Source of the DNA: Christensenellaceae bacterium
GTDB lineage: Bacteria > Bacillota > Clostridia > Christensenellales > Borkfalkiaceae
DNA length: 64,000 nt
Reading direction: 5' to 3'
Assembly: GCA_045535015.1 (NCBI GenBank)
Contig: JAZSKW010000010.1
Coordinates: 101,051 to 165,050 of the forward strand
The position numbers were made by a program, and so were the translations under genes. The first letter of the stretch is position 1. Each line of letters begins with the position of its first letter. The notes under the pieces were generated by a model that worked only from the letters and a program-made list of their open reading frames with translations, did not search any database and had not been told where the DNA came from. Below are positions 36,590-44,361 of the stretch, piece after piece.

Positions 36590-37483
36590 ATGCTAATTAA
36601 CATTCTTCTTATTTTTACAATGATAGCCGTCTATTCTTTGCACGGCGTATTTGTTAAGTTATATTCGGCAGAGTATCCCGGTAGACCGCAAGATGCTTCC
36701 TCGGTATACACCGTTATGCTAGGTGTAATAGTTACCATAATTACACTTTGCGTGTCGGGGTTTAATATGTCGCCCAATTTATACACGTGGATTTTTGGTA
36801 TAGTCAACGGCGTTTCCATCTTCTTTTTCAACTATTCTATGGTGGAAAGTTCCAAGCGCGGCTCATACGCATTGCTAATGATATTTGCACTTGCTGGCGC
36901 AATCATATTGCCTATTATCGTAACGGCAATCGCTTTTGGCGAAGTTCCTTCAATACTTCAAATCGTAGGCATAGCAATAATGTTTATTGCATTTTTCCTT
37001 ATGTGCCACGAAGGTAAATTTAAAGCCCAACGCAAGCCCGGCTACTATTTTTTCTGCATTATGCTAGCTGTTTCCAACGGCATTTTCGGCACGGTCAACG
37101 CGTTACCAAAGTTTTTTGAACGAGACCTTAGTATAACCGTTAATAGCACCGACCTTGTTATTATCGAATACGTAGTAACGGCTATAATGTCGCTGATAAT
37201 ATTGCTTGTTAACAAAAAGGGGAAAATTTTACCCTCTTTCCGCCAAAAGCCAAAATCAATGTTGTTTGCCGTGTTAGGTGCGGCTTGCATCACCGCAGGT
37301 ATCAATCTTTTGATGGTGTGTCTTGATTTTGTTGACGTTGCAGCATTATATACCGTTCAAAACGGCGGTATGCTAATGCTATCTGCTCTTTGGTCGCTTA
37401 TACTATTCAAGGAAAAACTTAACGTCAAAAAATGGATTGGCATAGTAATTGCAACAATAAGCACAGTTTTGCTTGCGATATAG
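36590..37483 (+). CDS. DMT-superfamily (EamA-like) membrane transporter
   Basis: About 10 TM helices in two similar halves. The start is moved to ATG 36590 because the track ORF's N-terminus runs through the rpmA terminator. Confidence 0.65.
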   Translation: MLINILLIFTMIAVYSLHGVFVKLYSAEYPGRPQDASSVYTVMLGVIVTIITLCVSGFNMSPNLYTWIFGIVNGVSIFFFNYSMVESSKRGSYALLMIFALAGAIILPIIVTAIAFGEVPSILQIVGIAIMFIAFFLMCHEGKFKAQRKPGYYFFCIMLAVSNGIFGTVNALPKFFERDLSITVNSTDLVIIEYVVTAIMSLIILLVNKKGKILPSFRQKPKSMLFAVLGAACITAGINLLMVCLDFVDVAALYTVQNGGMLMLSALWSLILFKEKLNVKKWIGIVIATISTVLLAI

Positions 37484-37515
37484 CTGCGAAAAAATAAAAT
37501 ATTAAAAAATTTTTG

Positions 37516-37544
37516 CCCGATGCTTTAAAAGTATCGGGTTTTTT
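37516..37544 (+). terminator. Intrinsic terminator
   Basis: CCCGAT-loop-ATCGGG followed by TTTTTT. Confidence 0.85.
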
Positions 37545-37571
37545 GATACAATAATAAGGTAGGTGAAAAAT

Positions 37572-38435
37572 ATGACTAAAATTAGTTTTGCAAGCGAATA
37601 TTTTGACGTTAAAGACACACTTTTTTGTGGGCAAATTTTTCGTTTTAAAACAGTGGATAACGGATACATGGTCTATACGTTAGACAAGTGTGCTTACGTT
37701 GAAACGGCAGGCGATACGACTACCGTTTTTTGCGAGGATTTTGACAAAGACTATTTTGAACGATTTTTCGACCTATCGCGAGACTATGCCTCTATCTGCG
37801 CCTCAGCAACGTTGAGTGGAAACGAGTTTTTAGCCGAATGCGCTAAATACGGCAAGGGCATACGCATACTAAATCAAGACAAAACGGAAATGTTTTTTTC
37901 CTTTATAATTTCCCAAAATAACAACATTCCGCGCATAAAAGGCATAATAGAGCGTCTATGCGCTGCGCTTGGCGAGAAAAAATCATTTATGGGCAAAGAA
38001 TATCACGCATTTCCTTCGGTAGAAATAATGGCGGCTCAGCCGTTAGAGTTTTACACGTCCATTGGGCTTGGTTATCGCGCAGAGTATATTCGCCGCTTGG
38101 CTGTTGAAATAGCAAACGGGCTTGATATAAACGCCTACTCAGCCTTGCCAACGGAGGAGCTTAAAAGGCGTTTAATCGCACTCTACGGGGTGGGTCCAAA
38201 GGTTGCCGACTGCGTAACCCTTTTTGGCTATCACCGCGCTGACAGTTTTCCCGTCGACACCTGGATATACAAAGTATATCGCGAAAACTTTAACGGAACG
38301 CTAACAAACAGAGAAAAAATCAGCAAATGGTTTTTAAGCAGGTTTAATGAAAACGCAGGTTATTTTCAGCAATATTTGTTCCACTATAAAAGGATAAAAG
38401 AAAAAATAGAACAACAAACGCAAAAAAGCGAGTAA
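37572..38435 (+). CDS. ogg: 8-oxoguanine DNA glycosylase / HhH-GPD family
   Basis: HhH-GPD motif LYGVGPKVADCVTLFG...FPVDTW. Confidence 0.8.
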   Translation: MTKISFASEYFDVKDTLFCGQIFRFKTVDNGYMVYTLDKCAYVETAGDTTTVFCEDFDKDYFERFFDLSRDYASICASATLSGNEFLAECAKYGKGIRILNQDKTEMFFSFIISQNNNIPRIKGIIERLCAALGEKKSFMGKEYHAFPSVEIMAAQPLEFYTSIGLGYRAEYIRRLAVEIANGLDINAYSALPTEELKRRLIALYGVGPKVADCVTLFGYHRADSFPVDTWIYKVYRENFNGTLTNREKISKWFLSRFNENAGYFQQYLFHYKRIKEKIEQQTQKSE

Positions 38436-38514
38436 AATAATTGTCAAAAATGAAAGTTTTTGTTATACTTGTTAAAGAAAATTATTGATAAATATATTGG
38501 AGGGCATTATTTTT

Positions 38515-39207
38515 ATGCAGTATTCAACCGAAGTTAATGAAATGACCTGCGTAGCAAAAGGCCCCGAACACGGTCCCGCGCCTATCCCCGAAGAAGCAAA
38601 GTGGGTTCAGGCAAAGGAAATCACCGATATTTCGGGTTTTACGCACGGTGTAGGCAGATGCGCACCCCAACAGGGCGCGTGCAAACTCACGCTCAACGTT
38701 AAAAACGGCGTAATCGAAGAAGCGTTGGTAGAAACCATCGGCTGCTCGGGTATGACTCACTCTGCGGCAATGGCAGCTGAGATTCTTCCCGGCAAAACCA
38801 TTTTAGAGGCTTTGAACACCGACCTCGTTTGCGACGCTATCAACTGCGCAATGAGAGAGCTTTTCTTGCAAATCGTATACGGCAGAACCCAGTCCGCATT
38901 CTCGGAAGGCGGCTTGGTTATCGGTGCTGGTTTAGAGGACCTTGGTAAAGGCTTGCGTTCACAGGTTGGCACAATGTATTCCACCAAGGCAAAGGGCCCC
39001 AGATATCTCGAAATGGCAGAAGGCTACGTTACCAAAATTGCTCTTGACGAAAACGACCAAATCATCGGTTACTCTTTCGTTCACTTCGGCAAGATGGCTG
39101 ATTTTATAAAGAAAGGCTTGTCCGCTAACGAAGCTTATGAAAAGGCTTCCGGCAGCTACGGCAGGTTTGACGGGGCGGCTAAGTATATCGACCCCAGAAA
39201 AGAGTAG
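38515..39207 (+). CDS. NifU/IscU-like N-terminal-domain protein
   Basis: Cys pattern GRCAPQQGACKLTL...ETIGCSGMTHSAAMAAE resembles the IscU scaffold. ATG lies 10 nt after GGAGGG. Confidence 0.65.
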   Translation: MQYSTEVNEMTCVAKGPEHGPAPIPEEAKWVQAKEITDISGFTHGVGRCAPQQGACKLTLNVKNGVIEEALVETIGCSGMTHSAAMAAEILPGKTILEALNTDLVCDAINCAMRELFLQIVYGRTQSAFSEGGLVIGAGLEDLGKGLRSQVGTMYSTKAKGPRYLEMAEGYVTKIALDENDQIIGYSFVHFGKMADFIKKGLSANEAYEKASGSYGRFDGAAKYIDPRKE

Positions 39208-39219
39208 GAGGACGGCGTC

Positions 39220-40224
39220 ATGAGTATCACTTTTGAAGGTTACGATAGAAGAATAAACAAAATCAACGCAGCACTCGCTGAATACGGTATCAAAGACATT
39301 GCAGAAGCAAAGGCAATTTGCGACGCAAAGGGTATCGACGTTGAAGCAATCGTTAAAGGCGTTCAGCCCATCGCTTTTGAAAACGCAGTTTGGGCATACA
39401 CCGTTGGCGCAGCAATCGCTATTAAGAAAGGTTGCGTAAAGGCAGCTGATGCTGCTGAGGCTATCGGTGTTGGTTTGCAGAGCTTCTGTATTCCCGGCTC
39501 AGTTGCTGAAAACAGAAAGGTAGGTCTTGGCCACGGTAATCTTGCAGCAATGCTTTTAAGAGAAGAAACCGAATGCTTTGCTTTCCTTGCTGGTCACGAA
39601 TCTTTCGCAGCAGCAGAGGGCGCAATCGGTATTGCTAAAACGGCTAACAAAGTTCGTAAAAATCCTCTTAGAGTTATCCTTAACGGTCTTGGCAAAGATG
39701 CTGCTATGATTATTTCTAGAATTAACGGCTTTACCTACGTTCAAACCAAGTTTGATTACGCTACCGAGCAGCTCGCTATCGTTAAAGAAACGGCTTACAG
39801 CACCGGCGATAGAGCAAAGGTTCGTTGCTACGGCGCAGACGACGTTAACGAAGGCGTTGCAATCATGAGAGAAGAAAAGGTTGACGTTTCCATCACCGGT
39901 AACTCCACCAACCCCACTAGATTCCAACATCCCGTTGCAGGTACCTATAAGAAATGGGCGCTTGAAAACGGCAAAAAATATTTCTCTGTTGCAAGCGGCG
40001 GCGGCACTGGTAGAACCCTCCACCCCGATAATATGGCAGCAGGCCCCGCATCCTACGGTATGACCGATACGATGGGCAGAATGCACTCTGACGCACAGTT
40101 TGCAGGTAGCTCCTCCGTTCCCGCACACGTAGAAATGATGGGACTTATCGGTATGGGTAACAACCCAATGGTAGGCGCATCTGTTGCACTTGCTGTTGCA
40201 GTTGAAGAAGCATTGAATAAATAA
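39220..40224 (+). CDS. GGGtGRT family protein (uncharacterised)
   Basis: Contains the eponymous motif SGGGTGRTLHPDN. GGAGG RBS. Confidence 0.75.
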   Translation: MSITFEGYDRRINKINAALAEYGIKDIAEAKAICDAKGIDVEAIVKGVQPIAFENAVWAYTVGAAIAIKKGCVKAADAAEAIGVGLQSFCIPGSVAENRKVGLGHGNLAAMLLREETECFAFLAGHESFAAAEGAIGIAKTANKVRKNPLRVILNGLGKDAAMIISRINGFTYVQTKFDYATEQLAIVKETAYSTGDRAKVRCYGADDVNEGVAIMREEKVDVSITGNSTNPTRFQHPVAGTYKKWALENGKKYFSVASGGGTGRTLHPDNMAAGPASYGMTDTMGRMHSDAQFAGSSSVPAHVEMMGLIGMGNNPMVGASVALAVAVEEALNK

Positions 40225-40324
40225 TTAGTAAATTACTAATGATTTTAAGGTTTTTATAATCTTTGGAATATAATATTTCTATTGTAAAAATCTTATAAAA
40301 TAAAAATTAATAATAAAAAAGTTG

Positions 40325-40365
40325 AACACATCATTTTAGAAAATTCTATTATGATGTGTTTTTTT
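40325..40365 (+). terminator. Intrinsic terminator
   Basis: AACACATCAT-loop-ATGATGTGTT followed by TTTTT. Confidence 0.85.
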
Positions 40366-40439
40366 ATAAATCTAAAGTAAAATATTGTGTTTGGATTTTT
40401 TTTATGATATAATATTAAAAATAATTAGGGAGATTTAGT

Positions 40440-41561
40440 ATGGTTATAGGTGTTTTGAAAGAAATTAAGCCTAATGAATATCGTGTTGCAGCTACACCTG
40501 CAACCGTTACAGAAATAGTTAATCGTGGGCATAAAGTTTTAGTGGAAAAAGATGCCGGTAAAGGTAGTGGTTTTTCGGATAATGATTACGCTAACGCTGG
40601 TGCAACTATTATTGAAACGGCTAAAGAAGTTTACGAAAGTGCAGACCTTTTTTATAAGGTAAAAGAAATGTTTCCAGAAGAATGGCAATATATGAACGAA
40701 AATAAAATCGTTTATACTTATATTCACTCTAATGCGCACCCTGAAGAAACGGACGCTATTTTACAAAGTAAAGTAACTGCTATTGCTTATGAAGATATAA
40801 CTGATAAAGATGGCAATTTCCCATTGTTAAAACCTATGAGTATACTTGCTGGTAAGGGTGGTTTCTTAGCGGCGCTTCACCATATGCAATCTGTTTTTGG
40901 TGGTAGTGGCACTTTACTAGCAAACGTTTGCGGAATAGATGCGCCTGTTGTAACCATTATAGGTGCTGGCAATTCAGGTATGGGTGCTGCTGAACTTGCT
41001 GCGGGATTCGGCAACTTTGTTAGAATTTTAGATGTTAATGTTAAAGCATTAGAAATGGCAAAATCAAGCCTTCCGTCAAATGTTTCTTGTTTGTATTCTA
41101 ATAGAGAAAATCTTGTTAAATGTTTGAAAGAAAGTGACTTAGTTATAAATTGTATTTTGTGGCCAAAACATAGAAAAGACCACCTTATTAATAGGGAAGA
41201 CTTGAAGATGATGAAAACTTCTGCAATGATAGTTGATGTGGCGTGTGATGATGAAGGCGCTATTGAAACTTGCCGTTCAACCACTCACGATAATCCTACT
41301 TATTATGAAGAGGGTATACTTCACTATTGCGTAGATAATATTCCTTCTGCTTTTGCTAAGACCGCATCTATTATGCTTTCAAATGCAACCCTTCCTATGT
41401 TGCTTGAAATTGCAAACAAAGGCGTTAAGCAAGCGCTTAAGGACAACGTTCATTTAAGAAATGGCTTAACTGCTTATGACGGAAAATTGACGTTAAAAGA
41501 AACGGCATTAAAGCAAAACAGACCATTAACGGACGTTAATGAATTGATAAAAAGCTTTTAA
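40440..41561 (+). CDS. ald: Alanine dehydrogenase
   Basis: MVIGVLKEIKPNEYRVAATP N-terminus; Rossmann IIGAGNSGMGAA; 373 aa. Confidence 0.9.
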   Translation: MVIGVLKEIKPNEYRVAATPATVTEIVNRGHKVLVEKDAGKGSGFSDNDYANAGATIIETAKEVYESADLFYKVKEMFPEEWQYMNENKIVYTYIHSNAHPEETDAILQSKVTAIAYEDITDKDGNFPLLKPMSILAGKGGFLAALHHMQSVFGGSGTLLANVCGIDAPVVTIIGAGNSGMGAAELAAGFGNFVRILDVNVKALEMAKSSLPSNVSCLYSNRENLVKCLKESDLVINCILWPKHRKDHLINREDLKMMKTSAMIVDVACDDEGAIETCRSTTHDNPTYYEEGILHYCVDNIPSAFAKTASIMLSNATLPMLLEIANKGVKQALKDNVHLRNGLTAYDGKLTLKETALKQNRPLTDVNELIKSF

Positions 41562-41601
41562 TGCAAATAAATAATAAGCTTTATATAAATGTATTCTTAT
41601 A

Positions 41602-41676
41602 ATCGGTGCTGGTAACAACCCAATGGTTGGTATGACCGTTGCATGCGCAGTTGCAGTTCAAGAAGCAATGAAATAA
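41602..41676 (+). pseudogene. Relic 3' end (24 codons + stop) of a second GGGtGRT allele/paralog
   Basis: Translates to IGAGNNPMVGMTVACAVAVQEAMK*, against IGMGNNPMVGASVALAVAVEEALNK* at 40147-40224. My hand alignment gives 59/75 nt identical. Confidence 0.65.
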
Positions 41677-41706
41677 CAGTTAGTAAAACACTGACAAAAA
41701 GTCAAT

Positions 41707-41744
41707 AAAAAAAAGCGGAGGCAAGTTTGCCTCCGCTTTTTTTT
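41707..41744. terminator. Bidirectional intrinsic terminator
   Basis: A8-GCGGAGGCA-AGTT-TGCCTCCGC-T8. Confidence 0.9.
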
Positions 41745-41802
41745 ATTATTAAATAAAGTAATTAGAATTTTATATTAATAAATTTTTAAATCAAATTAAA
41801 AA

Positions 41803-42969
41803 CTAATCAATAACTCTTACGCGAATAATGCCTTCGAGTGCGGATAAATGCTTAATAGCATCTGCCGATGCAGGCTTTTCAATATCAAGAATAGTAACTG
41901 CGTATTCACCACGGCTTTGGTTAGAAAGGGTTTCGATGTTGATACCCTCTTTACCAACGGCACCAGTGATATTTGCAATCATATTGGCGATGTTTTGGTG
42001 TAAAATAACCATACGGTGTTCGGTGGTTCTGGGCATAGAGCAGTTGGGGTAATTGACTGAATTAATGATATTGCCGTTTTCAATGTAATCAACAAGCTGT
42101 TTTGCTGCCATAACAGCACAGTTATCCTCAGCCTCGGGTGTAGATGCACCAAGGTGGGGCATACAAACAACGTTTTTAGCACCAATAAGCTCTGCCGAGG
42201 GGAAGTCGGTTACGTATCTACCAACCTTGTCGCTATTTACTGCATCTAAAATAGCATCGCTATCAACAAGTTCTCCACGAGCGCAGTTAATAACAACAAC
42301 ACCGTCCTTCATCTTTGCAATGGTTTCAGCATTGATAAAGCCTTTGTTTTGGTTGGGGATATAGGGGATATGCAAGGTGATATAATCACAAGTCTTAAAC
42401 AAATCGTTAATATCCTTTACAACGTCAACTGCACGAGAAAGTTTTAATGCTGCCATAACCGAAAGGTATGGGTCATAGCCAACAACGTTCATACCGAGTG
42501 CAACACCAGCATTAGCAACCTGTGCGCCAATCGCACCAAGACCAATAACGCCAAGCTTTTTACCAAGGATTTCGCCGCCGACAAATTGGGACTTGCCTTT
42601 TTCAACAAGCTTACCAACTTCATCGCCTTTATCCTTAATGGTGTCAACCCATTTAATTGCATCTGCAATTTTACGTGAGCCAAGCAAAAGCGCGGTAATT
42701 ACAAGTTCTTTTACAGCGTTTGCGTTTGCACCGGGGGTATTAAAAACAACAACACCCAGTTTAGCATATTCCTCGCAAGGAATATTATTTACACCAGCAC
42801 CCGCTCTCGCAACGGCAATGGTTTCTTCGGGCAGGTTATAATCGTGCATTTTAAAGCTACGTAAAATAATGCCAACAGGACTTTCTAAATCGCTGCCAAT
42901 CGTGTAATTTTTATCAAAAACGTCGTTAATAACGGGGCTGATTGCGTTCAAGGTCAAAATCTTTTTCAT
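41803..42969 (-). CDS. serA: D-3-phosphoglycerate dehydrogenase with C-terminal ACT domain
   Basis: GxGxxG motif GVIGLGAIG, a 2-hydroxyacid dehydrogenase signature and an ACT-like C-terminus. TAATG overlap with serC. Confidence 0.85.
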   Translation of the reverse strand: MKKILTLNAISPVINDVFDKNYTIGSDLESPVGIILRSFKMHDYNLPEETIAVARAGAGVNNIPCEEYAKLGVVVFNTPGANANAVKELVITALLLGSRKIADAIKWVDTIKDKGDEVGKLVEKGKSQFVGGEILGKKLGVIGLGAIGAQVANAGVALGMNVVGYDPYLSVMAALKLSRAVDVVKDINDLFKTCDYITLHIPYIPNQNKGFINAETIAKMKDGVVVINCARGELVDSDAILDAVNSDKVGRYVTDFPSAELIGAKNVVCMPHLGASTPEAEDNCAVMAAKQLVDYIENGNIINSVNYPNCSMPRTTEHRMVILHQNIANMIANITGAVGKEGINIETLSNQSRGEYAVTILDIEKPASADAIKHLSALEGIIRVRVID

Positions 42970-44042
42970 TATTTATTCTCCATTTCAAACTTCTTCATAA
43001 AGTCAATAAGCTTTTTAACTCCCTCAACGGGCATAGCGTTATAAATTGATGCTCTCATACCGCCAACAAGACGATGGCCTTTAAGAGAAACCAAACCGTT
43101 TTCAGCAGCTTCTTTTACAAACTTGGCATCAAGCTCTTGGCTCGGTGAAACGAAAGGAACGTTCATAAGCGAGCGGTCTTTGACGGCAACACTGTTAGAA
43201 TAGAAAGAAGAGTTATCAATAAAGTCGTAAAGCATAGCAGCCTTTTCTTCATTGATTTTTTGCATAACAGAAACGCCACCCATTTGTTTTAACCATCTAA
43301 ACACTAACATAGCCATATACATGGGGAAGCAGGGAGGAGTGTTGTAAAGACTGTCGTTCTTTGCTTGGATAGCATAGTTAAGCATAGTGGGGCAAGCGGG
43401 CAAAGCATTGCCGAGCAAATCCTTTTTAACGATAACAATAGTAAGACCTGCGGGAGCGATATTTTTCTGCGCGCCGGCATAAATCAAGCCAAACTTTGTT
43501 ACGTCAACCTCTTGGCTAAGAATGTTAGAGCTCATATCGGTAACGAGGGTTGCGTCAGTTTTTGGAATATCAGTAAAGCGAGAACCGAAAATGGTATTGT
43601 TATAGGTAAAGTGAACGTAATCAATACCGTCACGGAATTTAACGGAGTTCATATCGGGAATATAGGTAAAGTTAGCCTCTTTTGAAGAAGCCGCAATAGC
43701 CATATCGCCGTATTTTAAGCCTTCCTCATAAGCCTTGGTTGCAAAGTTGCCGGTAAGAATGTAGTCAGCCTTGCCGTTTTTCAAAAGGTTAAGGGGAACA
43801 GCCGCAAATTGTTGAGAAGCACCGCCTTGAACGAAAAGAACAGCATAATCTTCGGGAATGCCCATAAGCTCTCTTAAAAGAGCGTTAGCCTCATCGTTGA
43901 CAGCCATAAAGGGTTTGCTGCGATGGCTCATCTCGGTAATACTCATACCGGTTCCGTTGTAATTCAAAAGTTCTTTTTGAGCTTCTTCAAGCACGGGAAC
44001 GGGTAACATAGAAGGACCAGCCGAAAAGTTAAAAACTCGCAT
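42969..44042 (-). CDS. serC: Phosphoserine aminotransferase
   Basis: FSAGPSMLP N-terminus and YAGAQKNIAPAGLT PLP-lysine region. Confidence 0.9.
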   Translation of the reverse strand: MRVFNFSAGPSMLPVPVLEEAQKELLNYNGTGMSITEMSHRSKPFMAVNDEANALLRELMGIPEDYAVLFVQGGASQQFAAVPLNLLKNGKADYILTGNFATKAYEEGLKYGDMAIAASSKEANFTYIPDMNSVKFRDGIDYVHFTYNNTIFGSRFTDIPKTDATLVTDMSSNILSQEVDVTKFGLIYAGAQKNIAPAGLTIVIVKKDLLGNALPACPTMLNYAIQAKNDSLYNTPPCFPMYMAMLVFRWLKQMGGVSVMQKINEEKAAMLYDFIDNSSFYSNSVAVKDRSLMNVPFVSPSQELDAKFVKEAAENGLVSLKGHRLVGGMRASIYNAMPVEGVKKLIDFMKKFEMENK

Positions 44043-44281
44043 TTTTATATCTCCTATTAAGGTATTTTTTTAGAAACTGTGATATTGCTAAAAAGCATTT
44101 TACAATTATAGGATACATTATACACTTTTACGACTTTTTTTTCAAGCGTTTTACTAGCCATATAACAACTATTTTAAAATAGACGATAAGTATATGATTT
44201 ACTTTTTAACAAAAAAAGTGTATAATAAAAGGGTAAAAAATTAAACAGTGATTTATTAAGCGAATATATGTAAGCGAAAAA

Positions 44282-44351
44282 GGGACGTAAGTAGACGATT
44301 ACATATAAGTTGCAAAGGGACGTAAGTAGACGATTACATATAAGTTGCAAG
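44282..44351 (+). repeat. Tandem 2 x 35-bp repeat ending in the RNase J ribosome-binding site
   Basis: GGGACGTAAGTAGACGATTACATATAAGTTGCAA(A/G) occurs twice (34/35 identical). Confidence 0.9.
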
Positions 44352-44361
44352 GAGAGATATT

